NCBI GenBank assembly: GCA_963666205.1
Contig: OY762654.1
Location: 736,001 to 800,000, forward strand
Length of the DNA: 64,000 nucleotides
DNA from: Synergistales bacterium
GTDB taxonomy: Bacteria > Synergistota > Synergistia > Synergistales > JAFGMB01
Direction of reading: 5' to 3'
A program made the translations under genes and the position numbers. The notes under the pieces are model-generated. The model was not told where the DNA came from, ran no database searches, and was given only the letters and a program-made list of their open reading frames with translations. How positions within the stretch are numbered: the stretch's first letter is position 1; every line of letters begins with the position of its first letter. Positions 18,735 to 28,638 of this stretch are shown piece by piece.

Positions 18735-19742
18735 ATGTTAAATGTACTTGAAAACAGGATACAGCTTGCCCACCTGCCAACCCCTGTCCAAAAACTGGAA
18801 AGTTTATCTGAACTGTTCGCAGGTCCTGAGATCTACATAAAGAGAGATGACCTGACCGGAATAGGATTTTCAGGTAACAAGATACGTAAACTCGAATATT
18901 GCGCCTATGCTGCAAGAGAAAAGGGATGCGATCTCCTGATAACATGCGGAGGCATCCAGTCGAACCATGCCCGCGCAACGGCAGCAGTGGCAGCAAAACT
19001 GGGAATGAAATGCCATCTTGTGCTCAACGGCAATCCTCCTGAAGTCGCGGAAGGGAACCATTTTCTCGATATGATGTTCGGGACAGATATAACCTACGTA
19101 AGCAACTGCGAACTCGGTGATCTGGAAAAAGAGATCTTTCGAATAGCCGAAACATCCAGAAATAAAGGATATAAACCGTATACCGTCCCCCTGGGAGCAT
19201 CCGATGCTACCGGTTCCCTCGGCTATATAAGGGCCGTGAAGGAAATGAAAAAACAGTTTTCCGATATGGGCTTCATTCCTGACCATATCATCAGTGCCGC
19301 CGGTTCAGGGGGTACCATGTCAGGACTGACAGCAGGTAAGGCTCTTTTTGATCTGCCTTCAAAAATAACCGGTTTCAGCGTTGCCTTTGAAAGGATCTCC
19401 CTTGACACAAAGATCAAAGGGGTTATCAGGGAAATCAGGGACAACTACTTTCCAGAGATAATTCCGGATCTTGCAGATTTTGATATTATCGACAGCTATG
19501 TAGGAGAAGGCTATACAAAAACCGACCTGGAACAACTTGAACTTATAAAAAAAGTAGCAGGCCTGGAAGCCATCCTCCTGGACCCGACCTATACAGGCAA
19601 GGCTATGTTCGGTCTTTCCAGAGAGATCGAAAAGGGAACCTTCAGAAAGGGAGAAAAAGTGCTTTTTCTCCACACAGGAGGAGTTTTTGGACTATTCCCA
19701 TATCGGGAAATGCTCCAGAAAGAATATAAACTGATCGGTTAA
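18735..19742 (+). CDS. D-cysteine desulfhydrase family PLP lyase (DcyD/CuyA-like)
   Basis: KRDD..G...GNKIRKLE, QSNHAR, GSGGT; LDPTYTGK and HTGG (Thr-type, not the Glu/Leu of ACC deaminase). Confidence 0.88.
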   Translation: MLNVLENRIQLAHLPTPVQKLESLSELFAGPEIYIKRDDLTGIGFSGNKIRKLEYCAYAAREKGCDLLITCGGIQSNHARATAAVAAKLGMKCHLVLNGNPPEVAEGNHFLDMMFGTDITYVSNCELGDLEKEIFRIAETSRNKGYKPYTVPLGASDATGSLGYIRAVKEMKKQFSDMGFIPDHIISAAGSGGTMSGLTAGKALFDLPSKITGFSVAFERISLDTKIKGVIREIRDNYFPEIIPDLADFDIIDSYVGEGYTKTDLEQLELIKKVAGLEAILLDPTYTGKAMFGLSREIEKGTFRKGEKVLFLHTGGVFGLFPYREMLQKEYKLIG

Positions 19743-19822
19743 TATTTTATCAATTTTGTTTGAATATCCTGAATGGCTACCCTTTGGAAAATTGAAATAT
19801 CTTCGGTTCAGGGAGGTTTTTC

Positions 19823-20935
19823 ATGCTGCTCCGTCCTACAATAATGAAAGTAAATACCAATAGTTTACGTTTGAATTACCGGAACATCAGGAAGTTAATT
19901 CCTGCCTCCTGCAGTATCATTGCAGTAGTAAAAGCAAATGCCTACTCCCAGGGACTTCTTGAAGTTTCCAGGATCTTCTCCGAAGAGGGTTGCAAGTCCT
20001 TCGCCGTGGCAACACCCGATGAGGCCCTCGAACTCCGAGATTCGAATCCTGACTGTAACATCCTGGTTATGGCGGCGTCCGTACCATCTGCATGTCAGGA
20101 ATATGTAAGGCATGATATTACAGCAACTTGCAGCGATCTGGACTTCCTTCACCAAATGAATGAAGCCGCATTAAGAACAGGACAAAAAGGAAAGATCCAC
20201 CTCAAATTTGACACCGGACTTGGGAGAACCGGTTTTTTCGAAGAAGATGTCCCTTCGATTTTGAGAAACCTTGATAATTTGAATAATATAAGTATTACTG
20301 GTGCCTTCACTCACTTTGCAACTGCTGATGAAGAAAATTCTGATTATACAAGGTGGCAGTTCAGCCGATTCCAGAAGATAATGCAGTTGTTTGAGGCAGC
20401 CGGGAGGCCAGTCAGTTTCCAGCATGTCTGCAACAGCCCAGCGACAGTTAATTATCCCGAGATGTGTCTTAATGCTGTGAGGCCGGGGAACCTGCTCTAC
20501 GGCCTGCCCAGTGGATACTCCGCCAGACCCTTGGACCTCTATCCATCCTGTTCCCTGGAAACGGAAATAATTGCCATAAGGGAACTGCCTCCTAACAGCG
20601 GAATTGGTTATGGATTAAAGTATATGACCAGAGGTGTTGAAAAGATCGGCGTCTTACCAATCGGTTTTCATGATGGTATGACAAGACTGCTCTCAGGAAA
20701 GGCAGAGGTATTGATCCATGGGAAACGAATACCCGTGGTTGGAAACATATGCATGGATCAGACCATGGTTAACCTGACCGGTCTCCCTGACGTAAAGGCC
20801 GGTGACCCAGTGGTTATTTTCGGACACCAGGGGAAAGAAGAAATAACAATAGAGGAAATAGCAAAAAAGCTTGATACAGTGGTAACACAGATCCTGAGCT
20901 TTATCGGCCCCAGGGTTCGCAGGGTTTATATTTAA
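19823..20935 (+). CDS. alr: Alanine racemase family protein
   Basis: AVVKANAY (PLP Lys), HLKFDTGLGR.G, THFATAD, NS, VRPG, IGYG (catalytic Tyr), CMDQ. Confidence 0.88.
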   Translation: MLLRPTIMKVNTNSLRLNYRNIRKLIPASCSIIAVVKANAYSQGLLEVSRIFSEEGCKSFAVATPDEALELRDSNPDCNILVMAASVPSACQEYVRHDITATCSDLDFLHQMNEAALRTGQKGKIHLKFDTGLGRTGFFEEDVPSILRNLDNLNNISITGAFTHFATADEENSDYTRWQFSRFQKIMQLFEAAGRPVSFQHVCNSPATVNYPEMCLNAVRPGNLLYGLPSGYSARPLDLYPSCSLETEIIAIRELPPNSGIGYGLKYMTRGVEKIGVLPIGFHDGMTRLLSGKAEVLIHGKRIPVVGNICMDQTMVNLTGLPDVKAGDPVVIFGHQGKEEITIEEIAKKLDTVVTQILSFIGPRVRRVYI

Positions 20936-20944
20936 CTTTAATAC

Positions 20945-20971
20945 GTCAGGGGAGCTCTATGCTCCCCTGAC
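20945..20971 (+). terminator. Hairpin after alr
   Basis: GTCAGGGGAGC-TCTAT-GCTCCCCTGAC; weak U tail. Confidence 0.6.
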
Positions 20972-21177
20972 TTCCTCCCAGGTGAAAATAGAAAAACACA
21001 ATACATTTATAAAAATAAAATAACAGACCCCTGAATAACTGCTAATAACCCTCATTCAGAGATCCCTGAAAAAAACTTTAAACCATATTTGCAGGACACT
21101 CCAAATGTTAATTAATGCACTTTTATGCAATACATAAAGTTAAGATAATCACTAATTTTGGGAATGTATCTTTTTGT

Positions 21178-21206
21178 TTGACACTTTAAAAACACTACGG
21201 TAAGAT
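21178..21206 (+). promoter_or_regulatory. Sigma70-type promoter for the iclR-TRAP operon
   Basis: TTGACA-17 nt-TAAGAT. Confidence 0.7.
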
Positions 21207-21227
21207 ACCCACATTATCCACAACCTT

Positions 21228-21240
21228 TCCGCAATGCGGA
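21228..21240. promoter_or_regulatory. Putative IclR operator
   Basis: Perfect palindrome TCCGCA-A-TGCGGA just downstream of the promoter. Confidence 0.55.
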
Positions 21241-21310
21241 TTTCCAGGTTTTTATTATTATCAATTGTTATATTTACAATTTTTACTACCTTCGGGAAGG
21301 AGTATGGTTA

Positions 21311-22102
21311 GTGGAAAAGGTAAAAAACAAAGACCTTGTCCAATCCGTAATAAGGAGCACCATGATCCTTGAACTCCTCAGCCAGCAGGGAGAGATGGGC
21401 ATCAGTGATATCAGTGTGTCCCTTGGCCTTGAAAGAACGACAGTTTCCCGAATGGTAGGAACTCTCAGGCATCTTGGATATATCAAACAGAATACGGAAA
21501 ATCATAAATACTCCGTAACATTGAAACTCTTTGAAATGGGTATGACTGAAATAGATCGCCTGGGGATAATCAAAACTGCAAGACCCTACCTGGAAGAGCT
21601 TTCAAAAAACACAGACGAAACAGTAAATCTTGGCATTCTTTCCGGGGCATATGCTCTTTATATAGATACGGTTCAAAGCCCGAGCCCCATAAAAGCAGAC
21701 TGGGGAACAGGCAGCAAGATGCCGGTTCATGCTTCTGCCCTGGGCAAGGTTCTCCTGGCTTTTCAGAAAGATGAAGTCCAGGAAAATATCATAAAAGAGA
21801 TTCCCTTTCTTAAATTTACTTCAAAGACGATCAACAGTGCAGAAGTCCTGAAAAAGGATCTTATGAATATTCGAAACACAGGCTATGCCGTAGATGATGA
21901 AGAGTCTCTTGAGGGCTTGACATCTTTTGCTGCACCCTTACTGGGTTTCAGAGGGGAAGCCATCGCTTCTGTAAGTCTGGCTTTTCCCAAATATCGTTAT
22001 AAAAATGATCCCTCGAGAAGAGATACAATGCTTTCTTTCTTGTTGACCACATCTTCTTCTCTATCAAGGGAACTCGGTTTTTCCGGTTTTATTCCTACTT
22101 AG
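21311..22102 (+). CDS. IclR family transcriptional regulator
   Basis: VQSVIR..ILE HTH, ETVNLG, HASALGKVLLA, GYAVDDEE. Confidence 0.93.
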   Translation: MEKVKNKDLVQSVIRSTMILELLSQQGEMGISDISVSLGLERTTVSRMVGTLRHLGYIKQNTENHKYSVTLKLFEMGMTEIDRLGIIKTARPYLEELSKNTDETVNLGILSGAYALYIDTVQSPSPIKADWGTGSKMPVHASALGKVLLAFQKDEVQENIIKEIPFLKFTSKTINSAEVLKKDLMNIRNTGYAVDDEESLEGLTSFAAPLLGFRGEAIASVSLAFPKYRYKNDPSRRDTMLSFLLTTSSSLSRELGFSGFIPT

Positions 22103-22232
22103 GTTAGATTTCCGGAAATATTATGGAGGGAGGTAAGGCCAGAAAGGAATTTCAGTTTGACCGCTAAAGGAAACAGAAGTTCTGGAAATTGAAAATGCAA
22201 AGAAAGGTAAAGAAAAAGGGGTGGTAAATAAC

Positions 22233-22838
22233 ATGCTGAAAATAATGACAAGTAAGGGATGGCGGATTATGGGATTCCCGCAGAAATTGATAATGATCAT
22301 CTCATCCATGGCTATCCTTACCCTGGTCATAGTACAGGTAGTTCTTCGATACGTTTTTGTAATGCCCCTGATGGGAGTTGAAGAACTCGCTACCATGGTG
22401 GGTTTCTGGCTTTATTTCATGGGTGCTTCCTGGGGAACTGCAGAAAGAACCCACATAAAGGCAGACCTTGTGAACGCCTTTGTCAAGGATCCTAAAAAAC
22501 TTATATGGATCAAGGCATTAACAGGATTTATATCTGTTGCTCTTTCCCTTTTCATGACCTACTGGGGATGGAAGTACGTCCTTTGGGGAATCACGAAAGG
22601 ACAGATGTCACCCACTCTCAGACTGCCCATGATCTATTCTCAGGTCAGTATTTTTATATGTGCGTTACTGATGGATTTTTATTTTGCTGTCGAATTTATC
22701 GATTACTTCTTCCAGGCAATAGGCAAAACGCCCCTTGACATCGGCCGGGAGGAAGAAGAAAAACTGGAAGAACTTCTCGAAGAAGCAAAGGCTGCTAAAA
22801 AACTTTCTAATGGAAAAGGAAGAGGGGAGGATGTCTAA
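22233..22838 (+). CDS. dctQ: TRAP small permease
   Basis: QVVLRYVF...EELA...HIKAD; start at ATG 22233 (GTG 22221 also possible). Confidence 0.88.
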   Translation: MLKIMTSKGWRIMGFPQKLIMIISSMAILTLVIVQVVLRYVFVMPLMGVEELATMVGFWLYFMGASWGTAERTHIKADLVNAFVKDPKKLIWIKALTGFISVALSLFMTYWGWKYVLWGITKGQMSPTLRLPMIYSQVSIFICALLMDFYFAVEFIDYFFQAIGKTPLDIGREEEEKLEELLEEAKAAKKLSNGKGRGEDV

Positions 22839-24140
22839 ATGGTTATTGCTATCAATCTAATGCTCCTGATCGGACTGATCGTAATAGGTCTTCCGGTTCC
22901 TCTCTGCTTCATGTCAGCAGCAATCTACATGGGTATGGTTTACGGATTCAGTTTCGGATTCCTTCTTCCTGCAGGATATTACGCACTGAACTCCCTCACC
23001 CTTCTCTCGATGCCTTTCTTCATTATGGCTGGAGCACTTATGTCTTCATCAGGAATAGCCCAGAGACTCACCATCTTTGCACAGGCCTTTCTTGGACGGA
23101 TGAGAGGCGGTATGGGTGCAGCGACCATAGTTGCCTGTGCTATTTTCGGATCCATTTCGGGAACCTGTTCCGCGGCCGTTGCATGTATAGGCGGAATCAT
23201 GATCCCAAGGCTTGAGGATTTCGGTTATCCAAGACCTTATTCTGTTGCAATGGTCAGTTGTGCTTCTGTCCTTGGCCAGCTGATCCCGCCAAGTGTTCCA
23301 ATGATCCTCTATGCATGGGTGACCCAGCAGTCAGTGGCTGCCTGTTTCCTCGCCACTGTCCTTCCCGGTATCCTGATGACCATCCTCATGTGCGTACTCA
23401 ACTACTTCGAAGTGAAGAAGATCCCTACAGTAACGGTAGAGCCCCAGATCCCCTGGGGTGAAAAGATGAAGGTCATAGGAAATGCGACCAGAACAGGAGT
23501 CTGGAGTCTCCTGATGCCTGTTATCATTCTCGGAGGTATTTACGGGGGTATCACGACTCCAACAGAATCAGCTGCAATTGCAGTGCTTTATGCAATACTT
23601 ATAGGATTCTTCGTTCATAAGGAACTGGATATGAAGATACTTGGCCATTCTCTTTCATCCTCTGCAACTACAAGCGGAGTATGTGCCCTCATGCTCTTCT
23701 TTGTGTCCATACTGGCAAAGATATACACCATGCAGCAGATACCCCAGCAGCTTGCAGATTTCCTTCTGAGCCTGTCTGACAATAAGATAGTCATCCTTCT
23801 TCTAGTCAACCTTTTCCTCATACTTATCGGGATGATGATGGACGATTTCAGCGGCACCATGCTCGCAGCTCCACTGCTCCTTCCGCTCATGCTCAAGATA
23901 GGTGTTCACCCGATCCATTTCGCTGCAATAATGGGAACAAACCTCGGGCTTGGAAACGTTACACCTCCGTGTGCTCCCATACTGTACCTGGGAGGGCGTA
24001 TTGGAGGGGCATCCTTCGATGAGTACGTAAAACCGGCTTTGAAAATAATGCTGGTCGTCCAGTTGCCGGTGGTTCTTATAACAACATATGTACCTCAGCT
24101 TTCACTCTTCCTTCCGAAACTGATCATGCATATTAAATAG
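22839..24140 (+). CDS. dctM: TRAP large permease
   Basis: MPFFIMAG, LIPPSVPMI, TPTESA, VTPP. Confidence 0.93.
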   Translation: MVIAINLMLLIGLIVIGLPVPLCFMSAAIYMGMVYGFSFGFLLPAGYYALNSLTLLSMPFFIMAGALMSSSGIAQRLTIFAQAFLGRMRGGMGAATIVACAIFGSISGTCSAAVACIGGIMIPRLEDFGYPRPYSVAMVSCASVLGQLIPPSVPMILYAWVTQQSVAACFLATVLPGILMTILMCVLNYFEVKKIPTVTVEPQIPWGEKMKVIGNATRTGVWSLLMPVIILGGIYGGITTPTESAAIAVLYAILIGFFVHKELDMKILGHSLSSSATTSGVCALMLFFVSILAKIYTMQQIPQQLADFLLSLSDNKIVILLLVNLFLILIGMMMDDFSGTMLAAPLLLPLMLKIGVHPIHFAAIMGTNLGLGNVTPPCAPILYLGGRIGGASFDEYVKPALKIMLVVQLPVVLITTYVPQLSLFLPKLIMHIK

Positions 24141-24290
24141 CTTTTACTCGAGTTCAGAAGAGTGTCAGGTATTAACACATAACGATCAAAGGATGGTGAT
24201 GCCTCAGGAATACAAAGCCTTACGGAAACTGGTTGAAACTGAAAGAGAGTTCCAGGAGAGAAACTGGTTTTTAAAATTCAAGGAGGTGTA

Positions 24291-25310
24291 TTGAAAGTTA
24301 TGAAAAAGTGTTTGCTCGTTTTCCTCGTTGTTGCATTAGTTGCTACCATGGCCACTGCAGTTTGTGCAGCCCCCAAGTATAAGTTCAAGATGGGACATGC
24401 CAACCCCGTAGATACACCATACGACGTAACTGCAAAGAAATTTGCCGAACTGGCTGGTGAAAAGACCAACGGACAGGTACTGATCAATATTTTCCCCAAT
24501 AACCAGCTCGGTGACTGGACGGAAACTTTCGAGCTTATTATGCGCGGTGATGTTGAGATGGGATTCCAGATCGCCAATGCAGCCTATGATCCCAAGCTGA
24601 ACTTTGCCTACTACATGCCATACGTAGTTCGTAACGTTGCTGAAGCCAGAAAAGCCTACGGAGAAGGCGGCTGGGCTCTGGATATCTGCAAAGATCTCTG
24701 GAAAGAACATGGGATCAAGGCTCTCGCTGTATTCCCGGTGGGAGTAGCCGGCGTTTCCCTTAGAGAGATGCCCCCTGCACCTGGTGATCCCAATGTTGAA
24801 AAGAAGATGAAGATCCGTGTTATGCCTCTTAAAGCCTGTGAGCTTACCTATAAGAGACTGGGATACATTCCTACCCCCATTCCTTATGCTGAATGCTACA
24901 GTGCTATCCAGACCGGTATAGCTGACGGCCAGATGGGCGGAGGAACATTCCAGGCATGGTCTTTCAGAGACGTCAATAATGTGTGGGTAAGATACAATGA
25001 CTACTTCGAGAACCATTTCATAGTAATCAATATGGATATTTGGGACAAGCTCCCCGCAGACGTCCAGAAGGGTCTCCAGGAAGCTGCAAACGAGGCTTCT
25101 GCTCTTCGCTGGGCCCAGGTTGAAACAGAGGATGAGGATTACATCAAGATCCTCAAGGAAGAGAATAACTGGACCATCGTAACCCTTACCGATGCAGAAC
25201 TTGCAGCATGCGCCGACGCAGTCCGCAAGGATGTATGGCCGGAACTTAAGGAAATGCTTGGAGAAGACCTCTTCAACAAAGCTATGAAGGGTGTTGGACT
25301 AGCCCAGTAA
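24291..25310 (+). CDS. dctP: TRAP solute-binding protein
   Basis: Signal peptide, IFPNNQLG, KIRVMP, YSAIQTGIADG. Confidence 0.92.
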   Translation: MKVMKKCLLVFLVVALVATMATAVCAAPKYKFKMGHANPVDTPYDVTAKKFAELAGEKTNGQVLINIFPNNQLGDWTETFELIMRGDVEMGFQIANAAYDPKLNFAYYMPYVVRNVAEARKAYGEGGWALDICKDLWKEHGIKALAVFPVGVAGVSLREMPPAPGDPNVEKKMKIRVMPLKACELTYKRLGYIPTPIPYAECYSAIQTGIADGQMGGGTFQAWSFRDVNNVWVRYNDYFENHFIVINMDIWDKLPADVQKGLQEAANEASALRWAQVETEDEDYIKILKEENNWTIVTLTDAELAACADAVRKDVWPELKEMLGEDLFNKAMKGVGLAQ

Positions 25311-25329
25311 TAGTAATGTTTCTTTTGTT

Positions 25330-25365
25330 TAGAGCAGGACGGGGCAACATTCTCGTCCTGCTCTA
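25330..25365 (+). terminator. Stem-loop after dctP
   Basis: TAGAGCAGGACG...CGTCCTGCTCTA. Confidence 0.6.
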
Positions 25366-25490
25366 TGATATTAAGATATCAGAATTGAAAACCTGGATTG
25401 AAAAAATGAAGGCCTGGATCGTTTCTGAAAAAGACCAGGTCTCTTTTATACATGATAATAAATGCTTTTTGTAACAACTCATGAAGGGAG

Positions 25491-26858
25491 TTGGGAAAGG
25501 TGCCCCACAGAGATCTTGAAAAATGTCTGAAACTCGTAGAGGAGGATAAGGCCATCACTTCTCCAGCAGCAAAAATGCCCTATTACCCACTTGTCGTAAA
25601 AAAAGCAAAAGGGTCTATACTGGAGGATCTTGATGGGAACACCTACATTGATATGCTTTCAAGTGCAGGTGCTATAAACACAGGTCACTGTCATCCCCGG
25701 GTTGTAGACGCAATACAGAAACAGGCACAGGATCTTATTCTTTATACTCACGTTTACATGTATCATGAACCTCTGGTCAAACTTACAAAGGAACTTATCA
25801 GTATATCTCCTGGAGACTACAGAAAAAGGGTATTCTACGGCCTTTGCGGATCCGATGCGAATGACGGAGCCATAAAGCTTGCAAGATGGGCTACAGGACG
25901 CACCAAGATCATATCCTTCATCCGTTCCTACCATGGAAGCACTTACGGAGCTATATCCCTGAGTGCAATAAGCCTTCCCATGAGAAGGGGTATAGGCCCT
26001 CTTCTTCCAGAGATATACCACGTTCCCTACCCTGATCCTTATCGGACTCCCTTCCCCGGAATGAATGAGGATGAAGTGGCAGATTACACCCTTAAGGTCA
26101 TCAGAGAAGCCCTTGAAACCTACATTCCCGCAGATGAAGTTGCAGCATTCATAATGGAACCCATCCAGGGTGATGCCGGTCTTATAATTCCACCGGTAAA
26201 GTTTGTTAAAGACCTTAAAAAACTCTGCGAGAAACACGGTATCCTTTTCTTCTCCGAGGAGGTTCAGCAGGGATTCGGACGAACAGGGAAATGGTTCGGC
26301 ATCGAGAATTTTGATGTTGTTCCTGACGGCATTATTATGGGCAAGGCCATGGCTTCAGGACTTCCCCTGGGCGGAGTTGTTGCACGTGCGGATCTGATGG
26401 ATGACTGGCAGGCTCCGGCCCACCTTTTCACGGCAGCCGGCAATCCTGTCTGCTGTGCGGCTTCCCTGGCTACAATAGAAGTTATCCGGGAAGAGAAAGT
26501 GCTTGATCATACGCTGGCAATGGGTGATTACACTATGAAACGTTTCAGAAAAATGCAGGAGAAGTACGAACTTATAGGTGACGTCAGAGGCATGGGCCTT
26601 TCCATAGGTGTAGACCTGGTAAAAGACCGGGAAACCAGGGAACGGAATTGCGAGGCTGCAGCCAAGATCTGTTACCGCACATGGGAAAAGGGGGTCCTTC
26701 TTTCGTTCTTCAGCGGTTCCGTACTGAGAATACAACCCCCGCTGGTAATAACACAGGAAGAACTGAAAACTGCTCTTGACGCAATCGAGGAATCAATCAC
26801 CGAATATCTTAAAGGAGATATTCCCGATTCTGTTCTTGAAACAATCAAGGGATGGTAA
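25491..26858 (+). CDS. Class-III PLP enzyme, probably an isoleucine-2-epimerase-like fold-type-I amino-acid racemase
   Basis: SYHGSTYG, EPIQGD (Asp where transaminases usually have Glu), EVQQG.GRTG, MGKAMASG, APAHLFT.AGNP, C-terminal GW; resembles the recalled Lactobacillus Ile 2-epimerase sequence. Confidence 0.75.
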   Translation: MGKVPHRDLEKCLKLVEEDKAITSPAAKMPYYPLVVKKAKGSILEDLDGNTYIDMLSSAGAINTGHCHPRVVDAIQKQAQDLILYTHVYMYHEPLVKLTKELISISPGDYRKRVFYGLCGSDANDGAIKLARWATGRTKIISFIRSYHGSTYGAISLSAISLPMRRGIGPLLPEIYHVPYPDPYRTPFPGMNEDEVADYTLKVIREALETYIPADEVAAFIMEPIQGDAGLIIPPVKFVKDLKKLCEKHGILFFSEEVQQGFGRTGKWFGIENFDVVPDGIIMGKAMASGLPLGGVVARADLMDDWQAPAHLFTAAGNPVCCAASLATIEVIREEKVLDHTLAMGDYTMKRFRKMQEKYELIGDVRGMGLSIGVDLVKDRETRERNCEAAAKICYRTWEKGVLLSFFSGSVLRIQPPLVITQEELKTALDAIEESITEYLKGDIPDSVLETIKGW

Positions 26859-26907
26859 AAACTGTTTCACGAAATATTGGAATATTAGAGAAGGAGGCTG
26901 CATCCAA

Positions 26908-27219
26908 TTGAAAGGACAGACCGTTAATGCAGGATCATGGGTTCAGATCGAAACCGTAGTTCTGGAACCAGGAGAAAGAACCGGACATCTCCCGGAGGAT
27001 ACCAGACAAGTACCCCTCCAGATGTGGGTTAAGGGATATTTGAAAGAAGATGGTGAAATAGGAGATACGGTAAGGGTTGAAACGTCAATCGGCAGAGAAC
27101 TACAGGGTAAACTGATAGCTGTTAATCCTCCATATGTCCACACATTCGGACGCCCCATACCTGAGTTGCTTCCCATAGGTAACGAACTCAGAGAGTTGAT
27201 CAGGAGGGGGCAGAAATAA
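26908..27219 (+). CDS. ortA: 2-amino-4-ketopentanoate thiolase alpha subunit
   Basis: WVQI..VLEPGER..HLPEDT..VPL.MWVKG...NP.Y.H.FG..PEL..IG; TTG after AGGAGG. Confidence 0.9.
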   Translation: MKGQTVNAGSWVQIETVVLEPGERTGHLPEDTRQVPLQMWVKGYLKEDGEIGDTVRVETSIGRELQGKLIAVNPPYVHTFGRPIPELLPIGNELRELIRRGQK

Positions 27220-28628
27220 TGGATAACAGCTACCAGAGCGTTATGAGCCGAAGGAACGAAATAATGAAAAAGGCCCTGGGTCTCGATTTTGATAAGTTTG
27301 AAAGAAAGGGTCTTGCTTTTGATTATGAAGGAATGATGGAAGAAGCCGGTTTCAGTATAGATGAAGTCAGGGCGATTCAGACAGAAAGTAACGTAGGGAA
27401 GACCCCCCTGATCGAATTGAAGAACCTTACCAACGCAGCAAGGGTTCTGGCCGGCCCAGGCAAAGGAGCCAGAATTTTCATTAAGGATGAAGCATCAAAC
27501 CCCTCTGGCAGCTTTAAAGCAAGAAGAGCTTCCGTTTCCTGCTATTATGCCGAAAAAAAAGGTTACCTTGGGGTTGTAGCGGCTTCGAGCGGGAACTATG
27601 GCGCCGCAGTCGCATCTCTTGCCAATATGAGAAATCTCAAATCCATCATTGTTCAGGAACTTTTCGACAGTCGTGGTGTAGGTCAGCCCGAAATACTGGA
27701 AAAGGGAAGAAAATGCGAGGCCTATGGTGCAGAAGTACTTCAACTTACTGTGGGACCCGAGATTTTCTATATTCTTCTTCGAACACTTGAAGAGACAGGT
27801 TATTTCAATGCTTCTCTTTACACTCCTTTCGGTATTACCGGGATCGAAACCCTTGGGTATGAAATAGCCGAAGAAGTTCGAACCCGCTGCAACAGAGACC
27901 CTGACGCTGTAGTAATAACCCACGCCGGGGGCGGCAACCTTACAGGTACGGCCAGGGGATTGATCAAGGCTGGAAGTTCAGATACTAGAATAATTGGAGC
28001 CAGTGTTGATCTAAGCGGACTTCATATGGCCAGTGACAGCGATTTCAATCGCAAGTCCTTTACAACCGGTCATACCGGTTTCGGTGTTCCCTTTACAACC
28101 TGGCCAGACAGAGCGGATGTGCCCAGGAATGCGGCCAGATCCCTTCGTTACATGGACAGATATGTAACCATATCCCAGGGAGAGGTTTTCTATATCACAG
28201 AAGCCCTTGCTCAACTGGAAGGTCTTGAACGCGGTCCGGCAGGCAACACATCCCTCACGGCAGCCTTTGCCATTGCCCAGGAGATGGACGAAGACCAGGT
28301 GATAGTGGTTCAGGAAACCGAATATACAGGAGCTGGTAAACATGTGACTGCACAGCTTACTTTCGCCAGGGAGAACGGGGTAGAAATAAGAAGAGGGAAC
28401 CCAAAAGAACAGGTACCCGGGAAAAATATCATAATCCCCGAAGATCCCGGCCTTATTTCCACAACAGAGATGGATATGGACGATCTCAGAAAATCGTATA
28501 TCAGGAACTCCCTTAAACACTATAACATCACTGCAGAAGAACTTTCACAGGAAGAAATCGAATTCCTGGCTGAGGAGATCAACAAGCCCGATACATTCGT
28601 AAGAAATATTCTTCAAGAAACCATATAG
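27219..28628 (+). CDS. ortB: 2-amino-4-ketopentanoate thiolase beta subunit (PLP)
   Basis: SYQSVMSRRNEIMK, KDEASNPSGSFK, SSGNYGAA, KSFTTGHTGFG, ETEYTGAGKH. Confidence 0.92.
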   Translation: MDNSYQSVMSRRNEIMKKALGLDFDKFERKGLAFDYEGMMEEAGFSIDEVRAIQTESNVGKTPLIELKNLTNAARVLAGPGKGARIFIKDEASNPSGSFKARRASVSCYYAEKKGYLGVVAASSGNYGAAVASLANMRNLKSIIVQELFDSRGVGQPEILEKGRKCEAYGAEVLQLTVGPEIFYILLRTLEETGYFNASLYTPFGITGIETLGYEIAEEVRTRCNRDPDAVVITHAGGGNLTGTARGLIKAGSSDTRIIGASVDLSGLHMASDSDFNRKSFTTGHTGFGVPFTTWPDRADVPRNAARSLRYMDRYVTISQGEVFYITEALAQLEGLERGPAGNTSLTAAFAIAQEMDEDQVIVVQETEYTGAGKHVTAQLTFARENGVEIRRGNPKEQVPGKNIIIPEDPGLISTTEMDMDDLRKSYIRNSLKHYNITAEELSQEEIEFLAEEINKPDTFVRNILQETI

Positions 28629-28638
28629 AGTTTTTTAA

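Noticed and set aside
18735-19742. ACC deaminase
   Set aside because: Has YTGK and HTGG rather than the YEGK and HLGG of true ACC deaminases.
21214-21222. Perfect DnaA box TTATCCACA
   Set aside because: Single box with no cluster and no dnaA/dnaN context; not evidence of an origin.
22157-22232. Possible frameshifted N-terminal extension of dctQ from TTG 22157
   Set aside because: A good SD precedes the in-frame ATG 22233, so no frameshift is needed.
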